DNA of 64,000 nt from Gordius albopunctatus (lineage: Eukaryota): assembly GCA_964276515.1 (NCBI GenBank), contig OZ193909.1, positions 7,378,001 through 7,442,000 on the forward strand. Direction: 5' to 3'. Below, in pieces: positions 1 to 14,300 of this stretch. The notes under the pieces were generated by a model that made no database searches, had not been told where the DNA came from, and saw only the letters and a list, made by a program, of their open reading frames with translations. A program made the translations under genes and the position numbers. Each line of letters starts with the position of its first letter. The first letter of the stretch is position 1.

Positions 1-1446
1 ACAAAGTAGATCCATTTTTGAATTTTTCGTGCCTATATTTTATAACAATATTTGACATTTGGGTTATAATTTTACATTAACTCACAAATATATATCAAAT
101 AATATTCCAGGCGTTTAGCCAAGGGAGGGGAGGGGGCGGGCACTCTTCCCCTGGCAATAGAATCCTTTTTATTCCTTATATAAATATATTTTTATAAAAT
201 AAATTGAAAAGGCAGACACCTCGGTTAAATTCCAGATTTTTTTCAATTTGCCTAATATTTTCCTATTTAAATTCCATCTGTTAATATATAAAAATTTGAT
301 CGAGTCTTTACCTTGTACTTATGTATAATCTATAGTATTTCTGATACTTGGGGATGGCATTAAGCATGGAAAATTGAAAGGTGTAATGTAATAGTTATGC
401 AACTGTGTATGACACTGTTTGCAATCATATTCAGCTTCAAAACTTTTTATTTTAAAATCCAAACGCATAGAGCTTTGCCTGATTTTATTGGGCCGATCTC
501 AGCTCATCCTGTTATTTTTTTGCTCAACCTGACCCTGAATCAGGCTCGATATTTTTTTATAGCAAATTTAGGCAAGTTATACATTTGAAATTTGTTTTAA
601 CATGTAACTATATAATGAAGTTGATTAAGAAGTTTGTTTTTCTTGCCACAATTCATCTAATTTTATTCAACGGTAAAACATGCTCGATTATTCACTTTAT
701 GTTTGAAGTTCAGATAGCTACTTTTAAAAAATTTTAATTTATAAGCATTTATTTAAAAAAATGAGAAATAAACATTATTTCGAATCAGAATTTGATTTGT
801 GCTATATTTTAAAAGTGAAGAGCTCTGCGTCTGTCGTCTATAGAATGCCTCGGCCCCTATCTTTTCCATTCAGTTTCGAGCCATTGCCTATTTAACGACA
901 TAACTCATAGACGAACCCCCCTGAATGACGAAAAAAATTGTTTCAATGCAAAAACCCTTAAAAATTAAAAATTTTTATGTTTTTCCCCTCACTAATTGAA
1001 CTTTCAAACGATCTTCCCCCCCCCCCCTTAATCCAAAACCTGGCTACGCCCATGTTTCAATATATATTTTGAATTTACGATCTACAAAAAAATTCCTATT
1101 ATTAAGAGATAAATGATTTGTTAAAATTTTTAATTATCTTGTAACGACTAAGTCATCTATAAATATTTTTTAATTTTTATAAAAACTCTTTATTTTAAGG
1201 TTAATTGTTTTTAATATAATTTGGATAGTGTATAATTGTTTTTTAAAGGTTTGCTGGCTATCGGGTGGGGCTAGTATCAAGCCTGATTATTTAATTAGAC
1301 TTGGTCCAAGTCGATGCTGGAATCTCCTCATGCGTGCTTGGCACTCAAAAAATATATAAAATTCTTCAAGTTTTACGTTGAATATATACAATTGTTAATA
1401 ATTTATTAATATTGTTTTTCGGACAATCTGTCACCTTCAATATATG

Positions 1447-1603
1447 CATGGGCGTAGAAAGGTTTTTGATTGGAAGGGGGGGGGGGTGGCGAAATTGTTT
1501 TAAGTTCAATTGGGGGGGGGGGAACATAAAATTGTTAAGGGTTTTTGTATTGAATTGTTTTTTCATTTTGGGTGGTCCGCCCCCCCCTCTGGCTACGCCC
1601 ATC
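1447..1603. mobile_element. Short G/C-run MITE (CATGGGCGTAG family)
   Basis: CATGGGCGTAG..CTACGCCCATC with TSD AATATATG / AATATAAG. Related ends at ~108, ~1053, ~2143, ~21513 and ~57252. Confidence 0.75.
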
Positions 1604-1625
1604 AATATAAGGGTTTTATACATAA

Positions 1626-2927
1626 CTATATGAACCCGGCAAACGTTGTTTTGCCATTTACCCGGGTGTATTAAATTATGTTGGAATTTTAGGGCATACA
1701 TGATGATAAAGTGGTTATTGAAGTAAAAATAAGGTTTGATATTTTTCAAACAAATAGTTAAAGAGGGTCCAAGGCCCAGGCCCACCCAAGAGATAAAACC
1801 TGGCCCCATTCCCCCCCCCCCCCAGAGGGGAAAATCTTTCGCCCCCTGGCCCTTCAAGCAATTTTTTATATTTTTTTGTAATTAAGAAACAATATCATAA
1901 TTATTTGTTTCTGAATAAAACTTTTAATTCAGAACTTAATAATGTCCGAAGAACTGAGATATATCAACATTTATTGGCACTTTGTTAATTTTATTTTCAT
2001 TTTTCTCCTTATTTAACGCGCAAAAAATGACAAAATTAGATTATTTAATTTATTTAGCCACGCAGGAGAGGACACGACCATCCTATAATAATAATAATAA
2101 TAATAAATGACGTGAAAAATAAGCAAAAAAATGACTTTGATTCATGGGCGTACCCCTCCCCCCCCTAATTTAAAAAAAAAATTTTTCAATACAAAAACCC
2201 TTAAAAATTATGTTTTGCCCCCCCCCCCCTAATTAACCAGGGAAGGGCAGAAAGGGCGGCTGCCCCACCTAATTAGTCAGGAGAGGGCGGCTACCCCCTG
2301 CGGGTCTCAGGAAAAATTTAGGAATTTATTAGTCGAAGACCTTTTTTTTGCTCTCATAAAAATTTTTGGATAGTCGAGAAAATTTTTTTTGAATCTGCCC
2401 CCCCCATAAGATTCCATGATCGACCACGTGATAATAATTTAAATATTATTTATTTAATTTAAATAGTTTGTTAAACCCCAATAATTTTGACCGTATACTG
2501 TAACATTTTTATTATACTTTTAAATATCTAATGCGAGAAAACTTCAGCCTTGTATGTATGACGTCATTATTGTATATGATGCTATAAATGAAACTGGCCG
2601 GGAAATGTCCGATATTTTTAAAACGAAAAAGTATTTTAGGAGTCTGAAAAAGCTATTTTACCCCTGGCCTCCCTGGGCATCTACGGCTAAATTTTCGCGC
2701 GAATCGGGCCAGTAGTTTGAGAATTAAGCCATTTTTTAAAACTTAAAGACCCATATTTTTAAAACTAAAAGGAATTTTAGGATTCTGGAAAAGCTATTTT
2801 ACACCTGGCCGTCTTGGGCATCTACGGTTAAATTTTCGCGCGAATCGGGCCGGTAGTTTTTCTGAATTTAGCCTTTACATACATACACACATATATATAT
2901 ATATATACTCTACTTTATATATATAGA
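1626..2927 (-). mobile_element. Second Helitron-like copy, interrupted by G/C-run MITE pieces
   Basis: 2416-2927 is near-identical to 15394-16371 with fewer repeat units; degenerate 3' end ACCCGGCAAACGTTGTTTTGCC at ~1634. Confidence 0.7.
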
Positions 2928-4040
2928 TATATGGCTGGAAGTTAAATTTATCAGCTTTTCCTCGTTAATTTTAAAAAGATATAAAAAGTTAATCCATTAG
3001 AAATAAGATTGACAGTTACAAGGCTATTTTACATATTTAATTTTTTATTGTGTAACTTTTTGTTCAAAGTCCGGGAGGGGGATGTTTAACCCCAACCCTT
3101 GAGTAAGGTAATAATAGTAGTGCTGGGTTTAACATACCTCTCGATCCCTGAGAGTGAACTTGTTAATTGAATATCAAGAGGGTGGTGGAACGTTGGGTTT
3201 ATAATTATTTTGGATAGGGTTCGATAATATGTCATAATAATTTCGGGTTGGATTAAGTCCAAGAATTTAAATTTGCATTCTGAGTTATATGGTAAACCCG
3301 GGTATCAAAGGTCATGGAGCAATTTTTGACAGCTTTAATACAGGGAAAAACTTTAATGATTGAAGAAGCATACAGATTTAGGTGAAAATGTGAATATATA
3401 TTATATTTAATAAAATATAGTTTAGTAAATAACTTTCTATTAAGAAAATATGTAGTAATAACCTATAATGTGTAATAAATGAACTGTTATATTATTAACG
3501 ATTTTTTAAGCAATCCTACAAACTTGGGTATAGCCATCTTTTATCCATATTTGCATGAAAACGACAAAATTTAGTTTTAATCCACAACTAACACATTTAG
3601 AACAAGATACTAAATGCTTATTTTTTTAAAATGATTATTAATTCAAACCTTTAAATTAACCTCAAATATCTGCGCGAAAGTTAAATTTAAATAAGGGAGA
3701 TAATAAAACAAGTTTAAATGAACAACTATTTATAAAGGTTCCATAATAAATTGGTTTATAGTCGAGTCAAAACACTGTTATTATGCTTATTTTATTTTTA
3801 AAGTTAAAAAATATTTGAGCCTTTATTGTAGTAATTTTAGTATACATTACCATCCTAATTAAACTCAATCTCCTCTAATTTATAAAATCTACATCATTAG
3901 ATCAAGCTATAGGGTAATATAAAATAAACAAACAATATTCATTTATTTTTTAGATTCCATTTTGCAGGCTTATTAAGAATTAAAAGAATCTCAATCATTA
4001 ATAAAACAGTTTATTTTAAAATTTTCATTAAATTACATAG

Positions 4041-5963
4041 ATTATCCCGATTCTCCCTGCAACACCTTCATTGGACCACACAATTTCCTAAGCGCTTTTC
4101 GTGCCCTCGAAAACTCAGCTAGGAATTTCGAATCAACAACCACTGATGATATATTCTTGAAGAATGAACAAGACAAAAGATATGGCAATAATAAAAGGAG
4201 TAGAACAAACTTTACGAGTTGGCAAATTGAACAATTGGAAAAAACATTCATGAAAAGTCACTACCCCGATATGTTTGCCCGAGAAACTTTGGCTACACAA
4301 TTGGAATTACTTGAATCCAGGATTCAAGTATATAGGAAATTTACTTATATTAAAATAATCTTTAAATCAACTAATATCCGTGTAATAAACTTTAATTTTC
4401 ACCTCAAGGTATGGTTCCAAAATAGGAGAGCGAAATGGAGGAAAAAAGAGCACACTAAAAAGGGTCCTGGGCGACCTGCTCATAACGCAAATTTAACGTC
4501 TTGCAGGTATATAAATGAGATTCATATGTGTAATTAGGAGGAACTTAGTCTGCTATACATTAGTATTGTATCTATACACCCCCCCCCCCAACTTGGTGAT
4601 ATCGACCCTAATAAAACTCATCTATTGTTAAAATTAATTTAGCGGCGAACCAATAGACCCCGAAGAATTGAAAAGGAGGGAAGAGGATAGAAAGGAAAAA
4701 AAGAGGAAGATCAAAATGTCGGGCGAGGGTTCTATAGATTCGATTCAAAGATCTTCGTGCAATTCTCGTAATTTGGTAGCAAATTGTGCGGAACAAAAGC
4801 ATGATAAAAGATCGAATTTTTTCGATGACAAAGCAAATCTTGACAAAAATTTACCGGACAATATCATATTCAAAGAGGAGCAAGTTACAGTCAGTTGCGA
4901 AAATATAGATGAAACGCTTGGGAGTAAAAGTCAACAATCACAAGGAATACATTTTTACAGCGCTGAAAAATGCGGGAAGGATAAAATAGCAAAGTCGGAA
5001 GACATTTCGTGTTATGGCAATTTTGGTGGTGATAGCCTTTCGTCATTCGCTGCCTCACTCATTAAAGTCATATACCCGGATTTAGCCGTGAATAAAAAGA
5101 GGGAAAGCAATAAATTTGGTACCAAAAAAGAAACTTCACACAAAGATAACTATGGTCTTACACCGAAAAGCAAATTTGATATAGACAGCATTCTAGCTAT
5201 CCGTTCAAATAATCTATCAATTGCCCAAGATTTCGACTGCAAAATTCTAAAGCGTAAACGTAAGCCAGCAAATATCAACAAAGGGGCCAGCAACGGCTTA
5301 AATAAAAGTAGTAAAATAAGGTTAGGCGAACCTGTAAAAGACAATACAAAAATAATATCGACTGCTAAAATGTTCATGACTGATATGAGATCTCTTAAAG
5401 TCACTAATAACGGGGCACCGATAGATGAGAAACCGTTGATAGCTTCACCCTCTCTAAAATTAACTTCAAAATTTCAAAAAACTGACAGTCACGGACTGCT
5501 TAACAAACGTGATGCCAATGAATTAGACGAAAGGCCAAATAGCAATTGCGAGGCTTCGACGTCACCTAATTTCTTTTGCGAACCTCCGCATTACCTAAAC
5601 CCACTTTGGCCTCGTTTTGAAAACGAAGGGAAACGGCAATTTTTTGAGCTATCACCATTTTGCTATCAAAAGCACGCCTTAAATGATTCGCAACAGGGCA
5701 TTGATATGCGAGGAGCAGATTTCGGTAGTCATTATCCCGAATGGCTCTTTCAAATATACTCATACTTTCTCACTCAATATCGTATGTGGAATAAATCTCA
5801 TGTCACTCCTTGTTCTCATACAAATCCATTCATGTTCCCTGCAGAGCTAATGAACGTTCATCCTGCGTGGACTATGCCCCAACTCCAAACATGCAACTCG
5901 AAACTACTGGGTCTATGGCATAGTGAATCCTTTCAAAAAAAAGTTTATGGTGATACCATGTAA
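4041..5963 (+). CDS. unc-4: UNC-4/UNCX paired-class homeobox transcription factor, 5'-incomplete model; exons 4041-4327, 4409-4506, 4643-5963
   Basis: Homeodomain [42 protein letters not shown] with the PRD-class intron between Q46 and V47 (GT 4328..AG 4408). After the second intron (4507-4642) it reads [39 protein letters not shown], the UNC-4/UNCX signature. eh1 motif FDIDSIL at 5175-5195. The start exon was not identified. Confidence 0.92.
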
Positions 5964-7530
5964 TCGGGCGTCTTAGTGGATAGCATTAAAATTGGTTGAA
6001 AAGCTCTGTTTTAGAAATTTTTACATTAAAAGACCCGGTGTCTACTTTAACCAGCAATATATAATGTCGAAACAACCTTCGTTTTTTGAGTTATTATGTT
6101 AACCGCGCGCACACGACTGCTATTTAATTATTTTGAATGAACAATAATTGTGATTAAAAAGGATGAAATTTTCCGTGAGTTAATTGAGGCGAGGAGAAAA
6201 GTTATGAAAGAAGCTGAGATAAACATGAAAATTGTTCTCAAATTATTGTTAAAGCAGGCTTAATACCCCAGTATTAAACACATTTAAGCCACAAGTTATT
6301 AGTATATTATAGTAAATTTTGCAAAAACAATTTTAAAACCGCATCCCCAAATCTATACAATAACCTCAAATTTTGTTGAAAGTAACAGCTATCTCCCATA
6401 ATAGTAATACGAAAGGAGTGATTCTCTCTCAAGCTAACGTGCCCTATCAAAGGGTGCAACTCTAAGTTACACGAGCTTTAGTTTAAGACAAAACGATAGT
6501 TTATTAAACATGATAATGTAAAAACACTTACTAGCTCAGCCTATTAGCTGAGGCCTCTATAATGGGAACGCGACTTTGCCATTCAACGTAACTAGAAAAT
6601 GACTAAAGGGACAATTGTAGGAAAGGTAATTCTGTAGATTAAAACGTTCTTGGATTAAATTTTTTATACCACTTGCTATATTCACTAATATGATATATTT
6701 TAACAATTAGATATTTATAAATATGCTTATTTAAGCCCCTTTAAAATGAGCTTATTTCAGTTATGAGTTTAACGTTTAAATTAGCAATTGTACCAAAAAT
6801 TATCCCTTTAAAAAATGTTTGTGGAGTTATTCAAAATGTCAAGAAATATGTTGAATTAAATGAATTGCATTTTTAGACAATAATTATACTGAAAATGCTA
6901 ATTAAAAAACCTAATATATCGGATAACATGGGAGACGGAATAAGGCAAGTGTATAAATTATTAAATTTTGACAAAATAGTAGTAATTAATTTATAAATAA
7001 GGTAAATATAAAAATACCTTTAAAACTTATTTATATTTTAAAATATTAAAGCGCCAAGTAATTAGTTAGAGCTAACACTCAAAAAAACTTCTTAAATTTT
7101 GCTTTGGATGAAAGTATTTACCTGATAGCCCAAAAACTAATGTTTTCATATAGAGCGTCATTTAAGACCTGCGCTGTTAAAAGGAATAAACAGACTTAGT
7201 ATTATCACCATTAAAAGAGTTTGGCGTGAGATAAGTTTCCCTAGTGTAAGGTCGTGTTTTTACTAATTGCCTCCCACATGGTTCTAGATCTTCGATAAAA
7301 TTACTATAGGGGTAGCGTTGTTAATATTATAGCTACATTTGTGAAGCTTAGGTTAATATATGACTGCAAAGCCCAGCACACAGCATGTTGTTGATAATAA
7401 CAATTAGCTAATACCCTACGAGTCTCTGTGACAAAAAAATATACGTGGGGTCGGTTTGCATCACAACTACGTTGAAAGTATTCTAAAGAAAAGAAGACTC
7501 TAAATTAATGTAGCGTTTAATATGCGATAA

Positions 7531-8860
7531 AGCTATAGTACTTAGTCACTTGGAGGCGCTAAAGTTATAGCACATAGTCACTTGGAGGCGCTAAAGCTAT
7601 AGCACGTAGTCATTTGGAGGCGCTAAAGCTATAGCACACAGTCACACAAGGCGCTAGTGCTATAGAGTGGCGCTAACATTGTTATAAAATTCAGAGGTTA
7701 AATTGCATTATTATGCGCACATGTGGTTTTTTATAGGTTAAATTGCATTATAATGCGCACATGTGGTTTTAACCAAGTATCCAGGTTATTTAATTAATAA
7801 GCTCAGGGCTATAAATAAGTGACCAAAATTAAGTATGACAGACGCAGGCATATAAATAAATAGAATTATATATATTCAAAAAATCTTAAGTTATAAATCT
7901 ATTATTTCTCATTAGATAATTTTAATATTTTAGGCGTTTTAATTATTTTACCATCGATAGATTTTTTTGTTTTTCTCGCGGTTAAAGTAGACTTTTATAG
8001 CTTTGGAGGCAAAAAACAGTGGCAAATATGGCCCTTTGAGGTTTTTCCAAATATTACCTTAGTTTGTTATGTTATTAATATGATGACGATATCCTTAACA
8101 AATTGCATACATACGGCACCGGAAACACCTACAAACCCTTACCTAATATATTGCAATTTGTCAGGTAAGACATGCAATTAGCCCTTATGATAATTTTGTT
8201 TATGTAATAACCCTCCCCCCCACTATCTATAAATTTGTATGTGAAAAATGGAGTGGCTCGTCATGCAGATGGAGTCAGTAACGACTTTATTAATTGCACA
8301 ACATTATTTAATTTATTTAAAATTCTACCTTTAAAATTTAGTAAGCATTTAGTAAACATGAGGCGATATCAATAACAAATTGCACAAACACGGCATCGGA
8401 AAAACCTTAAGATAAATAAAGCATGCTGGAGAGCTAAAATTAATGCCTTATAAATCAAGTTTCACTTTTTATAATTTCGTTAATTTTAAGTGCAACTTTG
8501 CAAGAGAATCGGGGGGGGGGGAGGGAAGCGTGAATAAAAATTATAATTAGGACTGAATTTATCGATTAAGGGTATGGAAAATCAAAGTTAAAATAAATTA
8601 TTAAAAAAGTGAGTTGCAGTGTTATACGGAGGTGCAAAATTAAATTTTTTAAATATTTAACTTATTTATAGCCCTGAGCTTATTAATTAAATAACCTGGA
8701 TACTTAGTTCAAACCACATGTGCGCATAATAATCCAAATTAACCTATATAATTTTATAACAAAGTTATCGCCACGCTATAACCCCTTCAAGTGACTATGT
8801 GCTATAGCGCCTTATGTAACTGTGATATAGCTTTAGCGGCTCCAAGTGACTATTTTCTAT
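7531..8860. mobile_element. Foldback element with ~290-bp left arm containing 32-bp tandem repeats
   Basis: Three copies of TAGTCACTTGGAGGCGCTAAAGCTATAGCAC-like units; GCTCAGGGCTATAAATAAGT (7801) mirrors ACTTATTTATAGCCCTGAGC (8660). Confidence 0.72.
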
Positions 8861-8928
8861 TTTTGGATCGACATGGCCATATTTATGAAAATAAAAATAT
8901 TTTATATATTTAATTAATAGCGCAACAT

Positions 8929-11049
8929 TAGAGAACTGCAAAGTCACTTTTTTTCAACCCGACCCGAAATCATTTACAAATTTTCTACCCGGACCCGACC
9001 CTAAATTATTTTCAAATTTTCTACCCGAACCCGACCCGAAAGCATTAAAACAAATTACTTTCGAGCGCGAAAATTGCGGTGTGTAAAATTAAAACGACAA
9101 ATAAAAGTGCTATTTATGAAACAAATTGTAACCACAGATTTTGTCTAACTAATATTAAGTTAAATACTCATGTGTTATAGATTTTAGAGGCAAATATTTA
9201 ATATCAAATCATTGTTTTTAAAAACCTTTTTTATATAGCTAATTTTATTATATATTTATTATGATATTAATGTTTTTGTTGTTGTTTTAAATTAAATTTT
9301 TACATGTAATTATTTTTTAATATTATTTATGCTTTAGATATATTGTCTTAAAGTAAAATATCTAGATGTTGCACACGATTCAAAATATTTTATAAATAAA
9401 CAAGTTATCATACCATATTAATTTAATTTGCAAATTAAACATTTACTTTTAGTTGTCTTTTGAATATGTATTAAATGTAATTTAAATTAACGATGAGGAT
9501 TAGCTAAAACTTTACGGTTAAATTTAAAATATAACTTTATTGAAATAATTTACCTTTTAATAGTCAAATTAAAAACAGGAGTAATTTATGTAGTTTGAAT
9601 TAGTGATGAGAATTAGCTAGCACTTCAGAGTTCGGAGTTTTAAAATTTAAAAAAAGAGGAAGAGAATTAAATTAATGAATGATCCAAATTTGTTGTATTC
9701 GATATTTAAAAACACTATTTGCTTAATAATTAGCATTAATTAAAAAAATAGGTCTCGCGTGTTTTTTACAATGTATAAACCTTGGACCCGACTCTATAAA
9801 TTTGACCCGACCCGACCCTAAAGCATTTAAAAATTTTCAACCCGAACCCGACCCCAAAACATTTTCAAATTTTCTACCCGGACCCGACCCGAAATAATTT
9901 AAAAATTTTCTACACTCAGCAAAATGGCTAAAGACTATTTAGGGCAGTCCACCACTTCAGTTCCGAGTGAAGGAATGTTTTCCTTGGCAGGAAATATTGT
10001 TGCAGCTAGAAGAAATCATTTGTCCTCAAATACGATTACCCAAATTATGTGTGTAAAGTCTTGGGGAAATGTTAATTTAAAATAATATTAGTTGTAATTT
10101 ATGTGTATTTTTGGTGAAATTTAATAAAATAATAATGCTGATTTGGTGTCAATACTTTAATTTGAACTAGAAACAGATATAAGACATCTAAATCAAATAT
10201 ATGTAAATAAAATAAAAATACTTTTGCCATGTTTTAAACAATAAATTTAAAAATCTTTTGCCAAAAAAATAAATTCACACCTTAATAAAACTATTACATT
10301 CTAACCTGGCTTAAAAGAACATATTAAAAATGTCAAAAAATTTATTAGCATTTGGGTGAGACAGAAAATTAAAAAATTTATAATGCCAAAAATTTTCATG
10401 TATAAAAAATAAATTTTAATATCATTAAGCTATTTTAGCCATATATAAAGAATATTCTATAAAGCGAAATTTCCCACTTTTTATAAAACTTTGCATTGTG
10501 ACTTGGACTAAAAATATTATTAAATATAAATTTAGAAACATTAAGTCATATTTAGAATGTCAAAAAATATTTATTACCACCTGGGTGAGACAGAAAATTT
10601 AAAATTAAATATATTTTTTTTAATTTTTGGTGTGTATAAAAAATAAATTATAAGATCATTAACAAATAAATTTGATCTTAAAAATTTTTTACCCCCCCCC
10701 CCCTTTAGGAAATCCGACTTACGCCTATTCAAATAGCCACAATAATTATTGAACAACAGAATGTACTGTGTTAAAACTAAGGACGCTTTAATTAGAACAT
10801 TATGTTATGAGCAGTTTAGATAAACTGCTTGCTCATAGCATTTGCTCATATGAAATGGGTTAGTCAACTTATAATGCTGCTCAGGCAGACAGCTCTATAC
10901 ATGAGTTACTTTTTGCTACTACCCCTTCGCCTCTCGAGCATTGTCATCAAGTACATCAACAGCCTCATGAGTAGAGTAGGATACACAGTGCGTGTGAGGG
11001 GGCAGAGCTCGCAGTGAGCAATGCTCATTGGAGCAAATCACCATCACTA
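8929..11049 (+). mobile_element. Composite hAT relics: CCCGACCCGA-repeat element joined to an hATC fragment (~9913-10084) and a GAGCA-repeat terminus
   Basis: TAGAGAACTGCA start; LSKMAKDYLGQSTTSVPSEGMFSLAGNIV..RRNHLSSNTITQIMCVKSW; ends ..CCATCACTA. Confidence 0.7.
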
Positions 11050-11372
11050 GTTGTAGGGAGGCGCTAGGAATGATAGTGCTAAGCGTTTCACTATCACTAC
11101 TCTAAATGTGGGTGTGGCTATTTTAGGTACACTATAATATCACTCTGAGACCCTTCAGCGCGCCCATTACATAACTTAGCCGAATTGTTCTTGGATTTAT
11201 TAATCGAGAACATGTATCAACTTAGGTAATCCTGTTTTACTAAAATAACAAAATGTTAATAAATTACTGTTAACCTATATTATTTTGTAATTTATAAAAA
11301 AAACTAAACACGACAGTCTAATTTATTGAGCCTTTCGATTGATTGATAAATAAAGTATATTCCAGTCATCTA

Positions 11373-14300
11373 TTATGATCTAATTTCAATCCACTTGATC
11401 ACAATGTATCTCCGTTTTCCTATAATGTTTATTGTAAACAACTTAAAATACTATAAAGTTACCTATTTTGAGCAAGGATATATAACGCACCAATTCTCCT
11501 AAGTTAGCTGAAATCTCGGAAATTTTTAGTCTATCCATCGGATAAGTGTGCATATTCATTTCGAACGGCTGCGAAAAATCAACAATCCTTTGACCATTAA
11601 TGCGAACGGATTTGTCTTCTATGTACTCCTTCACTTCATCTTTATACAGATAGTACTCATCGATTAATTTTATTTATTCAAATTCCTGCTATATATACTG
11701 TTATCCCAAATTGACAAAACAAATTTATATTTGAATATTTTAAATCAGAATAGATTATAAACTCGTTCTTAATAAATCAAGCATTAAAAATCGTTAATTA
11801 TTACTTTCGCTTTTGATATTTGGACATAAGGTCATGAGCGTTCCAAGTGTCAGGGAGTTAAAATCTATTTTTAAGTCGGTAGGCGTGTTGGCAATTTTGA
11901 GTGCATTATTGGGAAGAAGTAATATAGACAAAGAGTCAACGTATTTTAAAATGAGACAGAGGGAAGGAATATCTGAATCCTTAAGTTGTTCGACGTTAAT
12001 TTCATCTCCATATATAAGTTGACTACACTTCGCACAATCTGCAGCCACGTCGGGTCCGTGTACTAATGTTGTCATAGCTTCGGCTAAAAGAGTTTGTCCA
12101 ATCCGTTTTTCTGGGCAACGCTAATATAATTAATAAAAGTGTTTAGTTTAGGGCAATAATAATCGTAGTGTTTAGTAGAAGACTGTTTCTGAGCTAATAA
12201 AATGTTTCGTAGAGATCCATAATATTCCAAATCACAAGCTTTATTCAACATGAACAAGTAATCAAAAACAAAAAAGTAATATGCCCATCGCCGATCATTA
12301 TTCAAATTAACCTGACGTTTTCGATCAGGTGATTATATCACAATAAGATGATGATAATCAAACAATTTTCCGACTATTCGTTACAAAATCGATATTAAAT
12401 TTTTTATATAATAAAAAATATTAATTATAATTATAATCCACGCATGGAAAGGTTACGGATCATCACAAAAAGTAATATTTAAATCAATCAATTTTTTTGT
12501 ATTGTTAAATGGCAAAAACAAATAACTTTTTAGTGATCTGGTAAGAAATTAACATTTATTAATTAACCAAGTGAAATAAAACGTTTTACACAATTTTGTA
12601 TCAAAATTTCATAATACGTGGTTTTAATAAATTCTTAGAGACTAAGCATTTATGAATTCTGTTCTATTGCTTCAAATAGAATTATCATTGTTTTGTCTTG
12701 CATAATTAAAATTTGGAAATAACTTACATTAGTTTCAGAACACACGGCATCAATCTTGTTCGCATCCCAAAAAGTGTAATAATTGAGATAATCGTTGAGT
12801 TTGTCATCAGGTAAACGTACAAAATGCTATAAATTAAAGATGTGGGCATATATTAATAAAAGCAACAATATTATCCAGCTATTTGCTATATAAAAAATGT
12901 AGCACTCTTTTTCAAAATACCCCATAGTCAATGGTTCACCATCCTCATACTATATTTGATAGGTGATTTTATATAAAAGCCAAATTAATTAACAATAATT
13001 TATAAAATCAACCTTAATATCTCGATAGTATGCTTACGGTTAATAACCACAAATTTCATAGCCAAATAGAGAAAATTTAATCAGTTAGCGCTGCTCGTTA
13101 TAAATCGACTTAAGAAATACAACACAAAAGGAACTAAACTAGTTAAAAAAACCTTTTAAAAGTGTAACTTCAAAAATATTTGCAAAATTTTAGCAGCGTT
13201 CAATGATGAAAAAAAGAAAGAATAATCCTTAAACTTGATAAAATGTGAATGGTGAAGTCATGGTGGAATCCAGCCATACAACATTTCCCACGGATTTCGA
13301 ATGCTTTTCTCCACTCCTCGACTTGATGAGGGGTGTCGTTATGCCTATAAAATTAACCCGAATTCAAACTTTACAATGAAATTAAATGTTTAATTTCGTG
13401 TTTTGCAAAAGGTAATACAAAGATACGTTTCAAAATTACAATGAGCTGTCTGGCCCGTTACTTTTTTGATCAATTCGTAGCCGGCTTCCATATTTCCCAT
13501 CTGATCAGAACCACCTATCTGCGTTCGTGTAACACCAATTTTAATCATCCATATGTATTTATTATATTGGCTAGCATTATAAAATATAGATAGACGCTTA
13601 ATTTACAAAATAAAAATAAACTACAGTAAATAATTGAAATTCCGTAGCCATACTTGAAATATGCAATTTTGGGTTCTGTAAAGGTGGAGCCAGTCGTAGG
13701 CCTGAAATACTTGATAAGTAAATTCGCGGAAACTTAACCCAGCGGATTCATCGTCCGATTTAATGCGCGATCTTATGCTAAAATGAATTATTTCGAGAAG
13801 ATTATTTTTTTTATACTATTCTTTCCTGAGCATGGTCCCCATACGAAAATGGCTGCCGATATCGGTTAGAAAAGTGATAGGATTCATAGCTTCATACCAT
13901 TCTAGATTACTCCATATTCTTATATATTAATAACAAAATTTGTTTGAAAAATCAAGATAGCAAACTATTAACAATCCATATGTGCAAAATAAAATGAGTG
14001 AGATGTGAGTTGGACTGGGAAGCCGAATCAAGCACATGACAAAAAATAGTCATTGATTTGATGCTACGTTTTTTGTGCATGCCAGTCTGTAAAATTCTTT
14101 TATTAATAAATAATTGAACTTAAACATCTGAAAATAAATAATGGTCAGGTTTGGCTAGCACAAAAGACATTACAATTGATTAAGATAAGGCGGCGTTCGT
14201 GATGACGCGCGAAGCGAAAAAAAGCGAAGTGAATTTTTGTGCTAATTTATCAAACATTTTATTATTATTTGTAATATCTTTATTTTAAGGCTTTTGTCTG

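Noticed and set aside
1366..1857. Gly/Pro-rich ORFs
   Set aside because: They arise from G/C homopolymer runs in MITEs and show no protein-like signal.
3314..3381. Candidate first exon of unc-4 (MEQFLTALIQGKTLMIEEAYRF, then GT)
   Set aside because: Its donor is phase 2 while the 4041 exon needs phase 1; linking them needs an unsupported micro-exon or GC donor.
7540..7665. CRISPR-like array of 32-bp repeats
   Set aside because: The repeats are contiguous with no unique spacers, the context is eukaryotic, and they are part of a foldback arm.
12084..12305. 73-aa minus-strand ORF as a separate gene
   Set aside because: It lies mostly in YARS2 intron 8 and overlaps exon 9 in the wrong frame.
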